Source: Methanomassiliicoccales archaeon | Lineage (GTDB): Archaea > Thermoplasmatota > Thermoplasmata > SG8-5 | Reading direction: 5' to 3' | Length of the DNA stretch: 53,787 bases | NCBI GenBank assembly: GCA_030612505.1 | Contig: JAUWNU010000002.1 | Span: 1-53,787 of the forward strand | Shown: positions 10,580-21,358 of the stretch, piece by piece | Position numbering within the stretch: the stretch's first letter is position 1 | How the letters are laid out: every line of letters begins with the position of its first letter | Made by a program: the position numbers and the translations under genes | The notes under the pieces: generated by a model | Told to the model about the DNA's origin: nothing | The model's database searches: none | Seen by the model: only the letters and a program-made list of their open reading frames with translations

Positions 10580-10736
10580 TGTTACTTATGGGTTGCTGAA
10601 AATAAAGCATCAACCAAACTCCCTTGGCAAGTTGTTTTTCTCTGGGCCTGCGATTTGTTCAATTCTTAAACAAACAATTGTAATTATATAAAATAAATGA
10701 AAAGGGGTGGATGAAAGTGTTGTTAATTTAATGCTT

Positions 10737-11150
10737 TCAAGACTCCGACAACTCGATTATCAAATCGAAATCTTCTTTTTCAATTTCGAATAAGTATGCC
10801 TGCATTGACATTTTCATTGCTCGTTGCATATTATCGGAAAGACCATGGCATTCTTTCAATTCTCTGAGTTTAACTGAATTGTTTATTAACTTCACATCGT
10901 TGAGTTTAACTATCAATCGAGAGTCACCCATCTCCATCTTAGAAGCTACTGACGATTTTGCTACGAAAGATGATTGCCATTTTTTAGATGTCAATGAATA
11001 TGTCAAATAGTGCAATACTTTATCTCCTGGCCTAATATTTTTCAACATATTACGATATCTAAGGGTATTTGGGGCATGGAGACCTTTTTCACCTGATATT
11101 TTTGGCTCGATGGAGAAGTCTCCACTTGCAACTTCAATCCAATAGTTCAT
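10737..11150 (-). CDS. EVE/PUA-like domain protein
   Basis: MNYWI start, IRPGDKVLHY, C-terminal LFEIEKEDFDLI, a pattern typical of EVE domains. Confidence 0.7.
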   Translation of the reverse strand: MNYWIEVASGDFSIEPKISGEKGLHAPNTLRYRNMLKNIRPGDKVLHYLTYSLTSKKWQSSFVAKSSVASKMEMGDSRLIVKLNDVKLINNSVKLRELKECHGLSDNMQRAMKMSMQAYLFEIEKEDFDLIIELSES

Positions 11151-11379
11151 GCTCTCTCTTCATGGTGTGCAATTATAATATCTTTTTGAGACTGAGTGAT
11201 AAAAGTTTTTTCCTGATTAATGTATCAACTCCTTTTTCCCTATAATTGCAGGCCTTCCCCCCCAACCCCCCGCTCAACCTACCTCCCCTAACGATTGAGG
11301 CATAATCGGAGGACTGGTGTTGAGGTTGAATTCCATATTTTACAACTATTGGTGTGTTCCCCCAATCTACCTGCCGATG

Positions 11380-11509
11380 GCGACCACCTCCCCGCGCTCA
11401 CGCACGGGGCATCCAAAGTTTGAAAGAAAAAATAAATAACTTGTCACCTCATCCAATTCTAAACAAATTGGATGGTACAACCCCGCCCTTACAGACGGGG
11501 CATGATTGG
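11380..11509 (-). repeat. IS200/IS605-like hairpin MITE, copy A (two terminal hairpins, no loop inserts)
   Basis: CCCCGCGCTCACGCACGGGG … CATCCAATT-N7-AATTGGATG … CCCCGCCCTTACAGACGGGG; homologous to 34090..34319. Confidence 0.8.
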
Positions 11510-11690
11510 CTAGGCCAGTGTTAGGGTTGATGGGTGGTGGGTGAAAGTGTAACTATTTCAGGCCACATTCAGTAATTGATAATGATTCCAGAAATGCCCT
11601 CTAACATTGATTTGAACATTGACGATAATAGGTTGGCTGGCATGGTTGAGTTGGTGGCTAATCAGAAGCAATTCGGCCAATCCTAGCGGA

Positions 11691-11810
11691 CTAACAACTT
11701 ACATCTGAACTGCCGCAACTTGCGCAATCTTGAACAGCTTGTCCATGATGTTTTGTACCTTTCCATCTATTCCCACATTTATTACATGTGTATGTAGTAC
11801 TTCTTGGAAT
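11691..11810 (-). CDS. 39-aa zinc-ribbon microprotein (probable ATT start)
   Basis: (M)PRSTTYTCNKCGNRWKGTKHHGQAVQDCASCGSSDVSC*; two CxxCG motifs; GAGGTGA RBS 4 nt upstream. Confidence 0.55.
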   Translation of the reverse strand: MPRSTTYTCNKCGNRWKGTKHHGQAVQDCASCGSSDVSC

Positions 11811-11987
11811 TTTTTCACCTCAAAGAACAATACTAATTTTTAATTTAAACATTTCTAGTAATTTTTACCATGCTAATAAACAATACGCTTTATGTCAAAT
11901 AATATGTGTAGCACCCTCTTTGCAACACTCTGGATTCATGCAACACTTCCAAGTCAAACACCCGAATACGCAAAAGAACCGCCTATT

Positions 11988-14900
11988 CTAGGACACCTCA
12001 AACCACACCGTATTCCAATTTGTACCAACAATGCCCACTTCAACTCTGACATAATACCAGCCAGTGGTTGAAATATATGAATAAACACTTTCAGTAGCCC
12101 CAACACTTTCGGAAGAGTCTATCTCTGTTTGACTAGGATTATAGAGGTATAAATCAGGGTCTCCTGCAGCATTTCCTGTCATGTTCGCCCAGAAATATTC
12201 TCCTGCAAACAGAATTATTTGATAATAATCTCTTGAATCAAGGAACGCAGTAATATCCTCAGACCAAGCTTCACCCGGGTTCACTGTTCTTGCTGAAGCG
12301 AAGCCACCACCTGTGTCTGATGTGGCATATGTTCTACTATATACTTCATTTGAATTCGCATATTGACCTCCAGTCTCATTTACTCGAACGATAAAATGAT
12401 ATTGTGTTTGTGGAGTAAGACCACTAATTGTTACGGCTGTGCTTGTTAGAACTGTTAGTTTTCCAATATATGTCGCAGGGCCAGGAGTGAATCCAGAACT
12501 TGTGGACAGGTATATATCGTATGAAGCAAAATCACTGTTTCCATTGTCATATTGAGACCAAGAAATATCAATTTTATCTCCCGCAGAGGTTGGATTATAT
12601 GGTCGATTTAACACGACTGGTGTGGGGTCATTATTTACTAGGATCCATGTATCATTACTTCCAGGCGCTAGTTCATAATTTGAATATGAGTCTATAGCTC
12701 TTGAATAAAACTCATAATACCCCTCTCCACCTGTGGATGCAGAGTTAAAACTCCAAGCCCAAGGTGCTGATGTATCATCTCCATATTTCTGCCATGCCGC
12801 AGAATCCTTACTATACCACAATTCAACGGCATCAATTACAGAAGCGTCGCTGGCAGTGGCCGTTACTGTAAAGGTGATTAAACTCGTTGTGCTGGAAAGA
12901 GAATCAACCGAAGAAAGAGGGTCTGTAAAATCACCAGTCGTAAATTCTACATACCTATCTCCTGCAAGGCTGTTTCCTGCAAGATCCTCAAAGCCAGCAC
13001 CATCTAAATCCGCATAGTAGTTTGTTAATTCATTAAGTGCATTATATGTGCCCCTAAGTTCTTGATTACCGTTCCATGCCCAAATAACCCCAGGTAAATT
13101 TGAGACGGGTGTTCCTTGCTCTAGCATAGGCTCACTAAAATCTATTCTATAATAATCTGCAAACAGTGGAAATCCAGTTGTTTCATCAACTGGGCTAGTA
13201 ATTGGAATCCATGGCAATCCTATATCTGCTATATATGGGCCAGATTCTATGTCTGCAAGAGTGGATGGGATAGGTTCATTTGGTGTTCCCATAGCCCTAG
13301 CATTCCAATAATATGTTCCAGAAATAGGTAATGGACTATCTGGTGTCCAAGGTTCGTCCCATGGATTTGGAGGGAAAGATGAATAAGTCTCTTCTCCCCA
13401 TTTTGTCCAGGAAGTTCCACCATCATCAGACCAGTAAAACCACACCTCGTTCGTGTTAAAATGAGTATATTCTATCTCGGGCAAAGGATCATTGGTCAAT
13501 GTTGTATTTGGGCCAAGTACTTCTGCATATGGCGATACGCTCACTACGTATGGGCCAGCTTCAATGAAACTGGCATCAGTTGGTACTGGTTCATGATTGA
13601 CGTATCCCATTGCTCTTGCGTTCCAATAGTATGTTCCTGAAGATGGTAAATCAGACGAAGGAGTCCATGGATTATCCCAACCGTTCCAGCCCCAGTCATC
13701 TCCCCAATAAGTCCAAGTTGTCCCTCCATTATTCGAATAATAGAATTCAATACTAACTGGCCCCTTACTATATTCATAAGAAAGTTCTGGTCTTGCATCT
13801 AATGTACCATTTGAAACAGGTCCAGTAACATTAGCAATTGGTGCTACACTTATGCGTACTGATATGAAATGTTCTAAAGAATATCCTTTGAAGTCATGGA
13901 CTCTTATGGTTATATTGTAATCCCCATTTCCTTTTAAACTAATATAATCTTGAACAAGCCACCACCACCATGTGTTCTCAGAATCCCAAATACCATTCGA
14001 TAAGATTGGCGCAGGAATTGGGATATCCCAACCAAGACTTAGGATGTCAAATATATTCGTTCCATCTTTTTCAATAGTAATCTCTGCCCATAATGCCATA
14101 TCTGGATTATCTTGACAATCTATTCGAATATTAAAATCGTCAATGTTCACTGTGGCATTTGGCACTGGTTCAAGTACAGAAATTATTGTAGGCGTATTTT
14201 GAATATCGTTAATTTCAAAGGCTAAGATGAAGCCAGGCGGTATCAAACCAGAATCTAGCACACCATCAAGGAAATCTGTTAATGGGTCAGTTACATTAGA
14301 CATTCCTGAAATTTCGTCGGTTAGCCCATTCATTGTTTCAGCAGACGAGAAATCTGATTGATTTTTAAGAAATCCATTAACATTATCAATACTTACAGCA
14401 AAGTCTATGTACATGCCTCTAACTTGTGTTACATTAAAAGAGTAATATGTTGGCCCTTGGCCTGTAGCAAGATAGAATATTGGTATCTGGTAGATGTCAG
14501 TAATACTATTGAATTGAAGCCCATCATATACACAGAAGTCAAGAGGGAAGGCTTGAATTGCAGTAGTTATCACATTAGTTAATGGTTCTCCTGGCGGAAC
14601 ATTTTCCGCTATTGTTTTCAGAGTAGTACCAAAGGTTATAGCATCCAAATTAACATATGCCCAGCCTTGAGAATTCAAATCAACATTACCGTCCTTGAGG
14701 TCTTTGATTGTCACATTCTGGATATCACCAGTAACCTCGGAATATTCATCGACTACCATAATTGGAATATGGGCAAGATCCGCTGAACAAGAGAAGTAAG
14801 TCGCAGGATCATACAAAACGCCTTTAAGGTTCAAATATCTGAATCCAGAAGCCATTCTATCATAGTCTGGAATAATAGCTATTGTGGCATAGTTCCAGGC

Positions 14901-16319
14901 TGGGGTGCCATCATTGTTAAGAACTTCGGGCAAGGCTTCATCGAGTAATAATACAAATGCAGGGTTCTTAAATGTGGTAAGCGTCCTCAAGGCATCTACT
15001 GTGGTTTCGGGAATAGAGAATGCTTCCCCCAGGCTTTGTATCAATGTATCTAAGTCAATTACAATCCCATAACCCTCTACTTCGGTGCTTTCTACAAGAG
15101 TGTTTGTATGAACTGCCTCAACAGAATCCCAGACCTCAGTAACAGAACGAATATTGTAAGATGCAGGAGTAACATCCAGAATAATTCCTACATTAATTTC
15201 AAATGAGAAACTCAATCCTAAATCAAACGAATTTCCCAACAGTCCAGTAACCTTATTTGTCAAGTTGGATAAATCGGATTTGGAAACCTCGATATTACAG
15301 ATTCCAGGGAAGGAAGAAAACTCATCAACTGAATAGAGCAAGAACCATAGTTTGGTGTTATCAAGTGTATTATCTGCCTCTGCAACTATAGCAATGCCCT
15401 CTCCAATTTCACCAACAACATCCTTTACCCATTCTGCCCCGTCTGAGCAAAAAGCAGATGCTAAACAATCAATATCAGTAGGCGTGATGGTATCAATAAC
15501 ATCCCCGGAGATTGATTGTGGATTATTGTAGGATAAATTATTTACAATAATAAACTTAGAAGCCAATCCACTGAAAACAAAGCTAAAATTCTGAGCTAAA
15601 TCTGCAATCTTACCAAGGTCAATGTCACCAAACACGGATGAAGCATATGTTTCTGCCATGGCAATAAGCGCACTTTCATCAAACACTGTGCCTTCCACAC
15701 TTACACTGTTGAAAAATGTAGGATATGATTCATGTGGAGCCACCCAGATGTAATCATCTGTTCCAGTTGTCCCAATCCCAAAGGTATAGTTTCCATATAC
15801 CAAACTAAGTGAGGTAAATGACACCTCTATATTTGTAAATAATGAGTTGATAATCGAATCTAATTCATTGACATCAACATCATCAATATCTGCAGACACT
15901 ACTTCATCCAGAACAAAAGAACTTCCTGAGGATGAAATGTTGAATTTACCTCCTGTAATTTCTGAAAATGAAGCGGATGTTGAAATCTCAAAGGTTTGCA
16001 TCTGGTCAGCCGTTTGATTTTCCAAATACCCAACAAAATAATATGAATTACTTCTGGTGCCAGAATCAATATATTCAGATGGAACTATTGCACCAATATA
16101 GCTGGGATTGTTGTTAACATCGTCATTACCCCCCCAATCTGGTGAAGAGATTAACATAAGACTGCCCCCTAAAGCTGCAAGAAGAATGATGATGACAATA
16201 ATAGCTGCAATAAACTTCTTCTTTTTTTCAGAATCTTCCTTCTTGCTGGAATGTTTTAACTCAGATACTGGCTCTTCCTCAACCGCTTCCACAGGAGTTT
16301 CTACTAAATTTTCTTCCAC
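11988..16319 (-). CDS. Large membrane-anchored extracellular protein with Ig-like/FN3-like repeats and a C-terminal PPC-like domain
   Basis: KKKK + hydrophobic N-terminal anchor; acidic, S/T-rich; internal ~100-aa duplication (YxSxxGGTxW…SGTYYWNARAMG); ISGLTPQTQYHFIVRV (FN3); DPDLYLYNP…GWYYVRV (PPC). Confidence 0.8.
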   Translation of the reverse strand: MEENLVETPVEAVEEEPVSELKHSSKKEDSEKKKKFIAAIIVIIILLAALGGSLMLISSPDWGGNDDVNNNPSYIGAIVPSEYIDSGTRSNSYYFVGYLENQTADQMQTFEISTSASFSEITGGKFNISSSGSSFVLDEVVSADIDDVDVNELDSIINSLFTNIEVSFTSLSLVYGNYTFGIGTTGTDDYIWVAPHESYPTFFNSVSVEGTVFDESALIAMAETYASSVFGDIDLGKIADLAQNFSFVFSGLASKFIIVNNLSYNNPQSISGDVIDTITPTDIDCLASAFCSDGAEWVKDVVGEIGEGIAIVAEADNTLDNTKLWFLLYSVDEFSSFPGICNIEVSKSDLSNLTNKVTGLLGNSFDLGLSFSFEINVGIILDVTPASYNIRSVTEVWDSVEAVHTNTLVESTEVEGYGIVIDLDTLIQSLGEAFSIPETTVDALRTLTTFKNPAFVLLLDEALPEVLNNDGTPAWNYATIAIIPDYDRMASGFRYLNLKGVLYDPATYFSCSADLAHIPIMVVDEYSEVTGDIQNVTIKDLKDGNVDLNSQGWAYVNLDAITFGTTLKTIAENVPPGEPLTNVITTAIQAFPLDFCVYDGLQFNSITDIYQIPIFYLATGQGPTYYSFNVTQVRGMYIDFAVSIDNVNGFLKNQSDFSSAETMNGLTDEISGMSNVTDPLTDFLDGVLDSGLIPPGFILAFEINDIQNTPTIISVLEPVPNATVNIDDFNIRIDCQDNPDMALWAEITIEKDGTNIFDILSLGWDIPIPAPILSNGIWDSENTWWWWLVQDYISLKGNGDYNITIRVHDFKGYSLEHFISVRISVAPIANVTGPVSNGTLDARPELSYEYSKGPVSIEFYYSNNGGTTWTYWGDDWGWNGWDNPWTPSSDLPSSGTYYWNARAMGYVNHEPVPTDASFIEAGPYVVSVSPYAEVLGPNTTLTNDPLPEIEYTHFNTNEVWFYWSDDGGTSWTKWGEETYSSFPPNPWDEPWTPDSPLPISGTYYWNARAMGTPNEPIPSTLADIESGPYIADIGLPWIPITSPVDETTGFPLFADYYRIDFSEPMLEQGTPVSNLPGVIWAWNGNQELRGTYNALNELTNYYADLDGAGFEDLAGNSLAGDRYVEFTTGDFTDPLSSVDSLSSTTSLITFTVTATASDASVIDAVELWYSKDSAAWQKYGDDTSAPWAWSFNSASTGGEGYYEFYSRAIDSYSNYELAPGSNDTWILVNNDPTPVVLNRPYNPTSAGDKIDISWSQYDNGNSDFASYDIYLSTSSGFTPGPATYIGKLTVLTSTAVTISGLTPQTQYHFIVRVNETGGQYANSNEVYSRTYATSDTGGGFASARTVNPGEAWSEDITAFLDSRDYYQIILFAGEYFWANMTGNAAGDPDLYLYNPSQTEIDSSESVGATESVYSYISTTGWYYVRVEVGIVGTNWNTVWFEVS

Positions 16320-16435
16320 TCTTCCACCTAACTACCTATATGATTTGTTTCTCTTTTTAATCTATCTAATACTTTTTATCACCACCCCCCTGGCTGAACT
16401 CCTCCAGGGGCCTTCCCCCGCTCTACATGCCGGTT

Positions 16436-16526
16436 GCGACCACCTCCTCGCCCTCCACAGCTGAAATCCTTCGGCTTTCAGCCTACTTCACACGAAGCAT
16501 CGTGTTCACAGACGGGGCATGATTGG
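16436..16526 (-). repeat. Hairpin repeat family, solo-hairpin copy B with two-hairpin loop insert
   Basis: GCGACCACCTCCTCGCCCT-[CCACAGCTGAAA…TTTCAGC…CACGA…TCGTG]-AGACGGGGCATGATTGG. Confidence 0.85.
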
Positions 16527-16577
16527 CTGGGCCGGTGTTGGTTGCGCCTATCGCCTATACGCTATTTGAGATTCGAT

Positions 16578-16994
16578 TTATATCTTAATCATGCCTTTTT
16601 CTTTGAGATAATTCCCTGGGCCAGATACACTAAAGGCTATAGCTAGCATGTCTTCAAGAGGTTCCTGTATTGATTCCTCTGATTCTAATCTAGAAATAAG
16701 GAGTTTTAATGAATCACCTAGTTTATTGAATATGTTTTCATCAAAATCCATTGTTTGGTCACCCGCTTTTAACCTCTGAATTCTTTCATTTAGTGTTTGA
16801 TGACAGGCTTGTAATACAAAATCTGCCAACAAGACATCTTTTGAAAATGAATAACGATAAGTTCTGCTGGTTATTCCATATGCTGCGGTGAAGTAATACA
16901 ATTTCTTTTCAACATTGGGCTCTTTCCTCATCATTCTCTCCACTGTTTTAAGTTCATTGACAAGCTCTTTTCTAAAGAATTTAGTTTGCGACAT
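16578..16994 (-). CDS. Hypothetical helical protein
   Basis: 138-aa ORF, GGAGAGG RBS, overlaps the upstream wHTH gene. Confidence 0.7.
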   Translation of the reverse strand: MSQTKFFRKELVNELKTVERMMRKEPNVEKKLYYFTAAYGITSRTYRYSFSKDVLLADFVLQACHQTLNERIQRLKAGDQTMDFDENIFNKLGDSLKLLISRLESEESIQEPLEDMLAIAFSVSGPGNYLKEKGMIKI

Positions 16995-17490
16995 ACATAT
17001 CCTCTCCTAGGCCTATTGGCCATGTTACTCCAAATGCGGGGGCTTTTTTTGGTTCACTATTTCCACACCATTGAAGAATTCCTAAATCTGATACCTCGGG
17101 TGAAAATTCAGGCATTTCTGGCTTTGCTTCTACAGATGTTGTGGCTGCGGATGGCTTGGGTGCATGTTGTTTCCAATAGTCATGAATTTCATGTAGTGTT
17201 TCTTCTCCCAAAATGTGCTCAATGATGGTATTGTTGAAATTCTCAATTGCAATGACAAAAGGAGAATCTGGATTGATTTGATAATAATCATTTCCTCCTC
17301 GTCTTTGGGAAACTTCCATGATTCCCCACTCAACAAATTTCTTAATCACATTGTTTGCTGTTGGTCTTGATACCTCTGCTTCCTCTGCAAGTTCTGAGAT
17401 ATTGAAATCCATGTCCTTTAATGGTAACAAGAATTCCAAAATCTTTAATTCACAATTGCCCCCGAGTATTCCTTCAAATGGCCCTGCCAA
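16981..17490 (-). CDS. Winged-helix DNA-binding protein
   Basis: KILEFL…FNISELAEEAEVSRPTA…YYQIN; GGTGA RBS. Confidence 0.8.
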   Translation of the reverse strand: MAGPFEGILGGNCELKILEFLLPLKDMDFNISELAEEAEVSRPTANNVIKKFVEWGIMEVSQRRGGNDYYQINPDSPFVIAIENFNNTIIEHILGEETLHEIHDYWKQHAPKPSAATTSVEAKPEMPEFSPEVSDLGILQWCGNSEPKKAPAFGVTWPIGLGEDMYVAN

Positions 17491-17557
17491 GTTATCACCA
17501 ACTTCTCATATAGTGTTGTGGTATATAAATATTTTTACCCTGTGTGTAAAATTGATT

Positions 17558-17842
17558 TTACAGTGCTCTTTCCCTTCCCATGGTTACATTATACCCATGA
17601 GAACCAAGTGCGGTTGATGCTTTTGTCTTGTCAAGAATATAGTATTTGATATCTTTTTTTCTAATCTGTGATATGTAACCTTCATTAAGTAAAGCTTGAA
17701 TGTGTGGCTTGATTTTAGTAAATTTTCTTGAATATATCCTTTCAAGCTTTTTACTATTATATCCACTGGACGGTGTAAAATTTCTATTTGTATAAAGTAG
17801 ATTCAATATCCAAAGCTCCTCTTTCCCAAGTCCACAACTCAT
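17558..17842 (-). CDS. Small basic, possibly wHTH-like hypothetical protein
   Basis: 94-aa ORF co-oriented directly after the R-M gene; LLNEGYI…KYY motif. Confidence 0.6.
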   Translation of the reverse strand: MSCGLGKEELWILNLLYTNRNFTPSSGYNSKKLERIYSRKFTKIKPHIQALLNEGYISQIRKKDIKYYILDKTKASTALGSHGYNVTMGRERAL

Positions 17843-17857
17843 AACTATTCCTCATTC

Positions 17858-20800
17858 CTAAGTGGCTTCCCCCTCCACAATCCTAATCTCATCCTCAGTA
17901 AGATTGTACAACTCATAAACCAGCCCATCAATCTCCCTATCAGCCGCATCAATCTGCCTCTGCGCCCTGGTTTCAGCGTCCGGCGTGCTGGCCTCTTTAA
18001 TGTCCTTGTGTAGTTTCAGCATCCTCTCAACAAGCTTCACCATTTTGTCATGCCTGGCCACATCATTTTTGTCGTCAAAGTTGATGGTGCGGATTGGGAT
18101 ATTTTTGATGTATTGCTTATTGTATGCATAATACCCACCACTAAATTGACTACTTATAAGTTTAATATACCAATCAAATAAGTTTGAATTCAAAAGCCCT
18201 GTAAGATATAGATATTTTAATGATTTATATTTCTCATTAAGAGTAATTCCATATCCTCCACCGCCTCCACCACCACTTCCAACAAAATAGTAGAAATTTG
18301 TTTCATCAAAATAAAATGAGCCATGGCTGGCAATACTTGGTGTTAGAATTTTCATTTGTTCCATTTCGCTTAAATTTTGTGTTCTTCCAAAAGCATACCA
18401 TTTATCATGCTTCCATTTTCCTCTTTCTCTGGATTCTAGTTTTAAGCGATTTTCATTCAGATATTTCCAGATATTTGGAAATTCTTTTTCCATTTCCTTG
18501 ATAGGAATTAATTGCGCTTTATTTTCTACTAATTTATAAGGAAATAATATTGATTTAGTAATGTTTGAAACATGATATCGTTTAAGATTGACAGAACCTT
18601 TGCATAATGGATGAATTAGTTCTTTCTCTAATGTATAAGTGCTTCCTGTAGCTTCTGACCTATACTTGCCAGTGGACTCCTTTTTCATTATAAATACTGG
18701 GTCCGCTCCAGTAATCAATCCTTGGAAAATTTTACTTGTAACATCTTCTAATTTTATTGGTATGTCGTTTAAGCGTTCAAATAAATCACTTCCTGGACCA
18801 ACAATAAAATTCCATTCATCAGCCCCAGATGGATGATTAATTGAACCCTTTTTTGCATCCTTTTGTAATTTCCAGGAGAGTAAATCATTAACGTCAATAT
18901 AATTGAATTTGTTATTATCTTTTCCTGTAAGAAACAAAAGGCAAGTGTATGTTGTAGCCCCATCAAAAATTTGCAAATCATTGAAGTTGACAATTTCATC
19001 CAGATGCTTGCCCTCACTGATTAATTCTCGAATGGGCTGGCCATACTTTGCCTGGAAGAATTTATGGGGGCAAATGTATCCCATTTTTCCATTCTTGTTG
19101 ATTAGTTGAAGGGCCTTTTCTATGAAAACAACATAGATGTCATAATTTCCCTTGCTGGCGGATTTGTAAACTCTCTTATAATGCTCCACTTCGACAGGGG
19201 CCCACTCTTTCATTGTCTGGATGCGAATATAAGGCGGATTCCCAACCACCGCATCAAACCCTCCGGCCTTCATAATATCGGAAAACTCTTCCTGCCAGCT
19301 GAACGGATTAATCCTGTTAAGTTCATCATCTCGCTCATCATCATTCATGTCCTGAAGATGGTCGATTATGTCGAAATCGATTAGTGAGTTTCCGCACTTT
19401 ATGTTGCTGCCCAGGTCTGGTAATGCTGGCTCCTTGAACCAGGATTTCACATTGGCAATGGATTCTTTACTCTCTCCTTCAAGAGCTTTTAGAAGTAGGT
19501 TTAATTTGGTAACTTCAACTGCCTGGCCGTCAATGTCCACGCCGTGAATATTGTTCAGTAAAATTCGTTTCTTTTCCTGTAATGTTAATTGCCATTCGTC
19601 CTTTCGCTTTTCGAATACCTGGTCCTTGTGCTTTTTTGGGCTATTGGCCATATACCATTCAAGATGCTTGTTCAGCATTTTCTGGTAGGCTACTATCAGG
19701 AATGAGCCGGAACCGCAGGCAGGGTCCAGGATTTTGATTTTAGCCAGTTCGTCCAGATTCTTGCCTTCGCAGAGCTTTACCACTGTGTTTTCTACAATGT
19801 ATTCCACAATGTAGGTTGGCGTGTAATAAACTCCGCCAGCTTTCTTGACCTCTGGCTTTTCCTCGATCTTGGCAGTTTTTCCGCTGGCTGATAATTTGAT
19901 AACCTTGCCTAAGAATTGTTCATAGACCTGGCCTAAAATATCTGCCGGAATAACATCAAACTGATACGGTGAATTTGGATAATACAAGTCCCACAGAATG
20001 CTTGCTAGTACTTTGTCATCAACAATTAGCTTGCGCATTAATCGGTCCGGTTTTGTGCTTCTTGATTTGTCATGTGTGAAATGGAATAATCCAGAATTAT
20101 ATTTTGCATCTGCCAGTTGAAAGACATCTATCATATGTCTGTAAATATCTTTCTTGTTCATCATTATGTCATAAAGCTGATTCTCTGGCTCTGTTTTTCT
20201 GTCCTCACAAATACGCAAAAATAGAATTCTATCAATAAGCCTCTGAACTGCAAAATTCACTTCCTCGGTGGTGAATTCATTATTCTTGGCAATATTTTTA
20301 GCCAGTTCCTCACGCCAACCTTCTATTTCCTTGAGAATTTCTGCGTCAACCTCTGATGTTCCACGCTTCTTTGCCTGGGCATATTTGTCGAATGAACCCT
20401 TGAGAATTGCATCCTTTGTGAATATAGCAACAAGTTCATCCCAGCGTTCTTCCAGTTCATCGAAGGAGATGTAAAGAATTCTGCCCTTTGTCGGGTCATC
20501 AGTTCTAACTGGCCTGAACCTGCAATCATAAACTGAAATATCTTCAAAATTTGTGAGAATGGATAATGGTAATTTTGCGCTCCAGGCATATCTTTTCAAC
20601 TGGAATGCTGGCATCTTATCCGAGCATATGTCAACCGATGGCTTTTTTGCTTCAACGAAGAACTTGGTAGTGCCGCTTAACCTGAAAGAATAATCTGGGG
20701 TTTTTATGCTGCCTTCGACTTCCAATGATTCTTCGGTTACAACATCTCGATACTGGGGCGCATTTCCTTGGGTATTGTCAACGTCCCAATCCAGTGCCTT

Positions 20801-20920
20801 AAAAAGAGGGTCTAAAAATTCAATTCTTACATCTGCCTCCCTGTAGCTGGATGACCTGTACTGCTTGCGGTTGTTTTTGTACCGTTCAACAAGTTTTGAA
20901 ATCTCTTCCGGTGCTGCCAT
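17858..20920 (-). CDS. Type IIG (Eco57I-like) fused restriction endonuclease / N6-adenine methyltransferase
   Basis: N-terminal EADVR…PDY…VEAKK…LTNF nuclease domain; GVYYTP, DPACGSGSF, GNPPY; TaqI-C-like TRD; C-terminal EIDGLVYELYNLT. Confidence 0.95.
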   Translation of the reverse strand: MAAPEEISKLVERYKNNRKQYRSSSYREADVRIEFLDPLFKALDWDVDNTQGNAPQYRDVVTEESLEVEGSIKTPDYSFRLSGTTKFFVEAKKPSVDICSDKMPAFQLKRYAWSAKLPLSILTNFEDISVYDCRFRPVRTDDPTKGRILYISFDELEERWDELVAIFTKDAILKGSFDKYAQAKKRGTSEVDAEILKEIEGWREELAKNIAKNNEFTTEEVNFAVQRLIDRILFLRICEDRKTEPENQLYDIMMNKKDIYRHMIDVFQLADAKYNSGLFHFTHDKSRSTKPDRLMRKLIVDDKVLASILWDLYYPNSPYQFDVIPADILGQVYEQFLGKVIKLSASGKTAKIEEKPEVKKAGGVYYTPTYIVEYIVENTVVKLCEGKNLDELAKIKILDPACGSGSFLIVAYQKMLNKHLEWYMANSPKKHKDQVFEKRKDEWQLTLQEKKRILLNNIHGVDIDGQAVEVTKLNLLLKALEGESKESIANVKSWFKEPALPDLGSNIKCGNSLIDFDIIDHLQDMNDDERDDELNRINPFSWQEEFSDIMKAGGFDAVVGNPPYIRIQTMKEWAPVEVEHYKRVYKSASKGNYDIYVVFIEKALQLINKNGKMGYICPHKFFQAKYGQPIRELISEGKHLDEIVNFNDLQIFDGATTYTCLLFLTGKDNNKFNYIDVNDLLSWKLQKDAKKGSINHPSGADEWNFIVGPGSDLFERLNDIPIKLEDVTSKIFQGLITGADPVFIMKKESTGKYRSEATGSTYTLEKELIHPLCKGSVNLKRYHVSNITKSILFPYKLVENKAQLIPIKEMEKEFPNIWKYLNENRLKLESRERGKWKHDKWYAFGRTQNLSEMEQMKILTPSIASHGSFYFDETNFYYFVGSGGGGGGGYGITLNEKYKSLKYLYLTGLLNSNLFDWYIKLISSQFSGGYYAYNKQYIKNIPIRTINFDDKNDVARHDKMVKLVERMLKLHKDIKEASTPDAETRAQRQIDAADREIDGLVYELYNLTEDEIRIVEGEAT

Positions 20921-21023
20921 ATTCTCCCAGACCCAGAATAGAGGTTTAGGATATTAAGATTGGCGAGAAATGCATCAATCCAACCAACTCCCGAACACAC
21001 GAGAACAATCCAGCCAACACGAC

Positions 21024-21216
21024 CATGCCCCGTGCGTGAACACGATAATTCGTGTGAAGTAGGCTGAAAGACCGAAGGATTTCAGCTGTGGAGCGCGGGG
21101 TTGTACCTCCTGATTGTCTGAATCAGGAGAGTTGACACGTCTCTTTTTTCTTTCTAAATTCAGAAACCCCGTCTGGATTGAAATGTATTCGTATTTGGAG
21201 GGCGGGGAGGTGCCGC
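21024..21216 (+). repeat. IS200/IS605-like hairpin MITE, copy C
   Basis: CATGCCCCGTGCGTGA-[insert]-GCGCGGGGTTGTAC, inner hairpin CTCCTGATT/AATCAGGAG, T-rich spacer, CCCCGTCT…AGGGCGGGGAGGTG. Confidence 0.85.
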
Positions 21217-21358
21217 CACAAACGGCCAACCACCGGGAACACCTAAATCAACGGCCAATCCCAAGAATCAGCCCAGCAGTTCTCAATTTGGTAATTCTCA
21301 ATCTTAATTCTTTCCTTCGGCTGAACCCCCCGCAGGCCTTCCCCCGCCCAACCTACAC

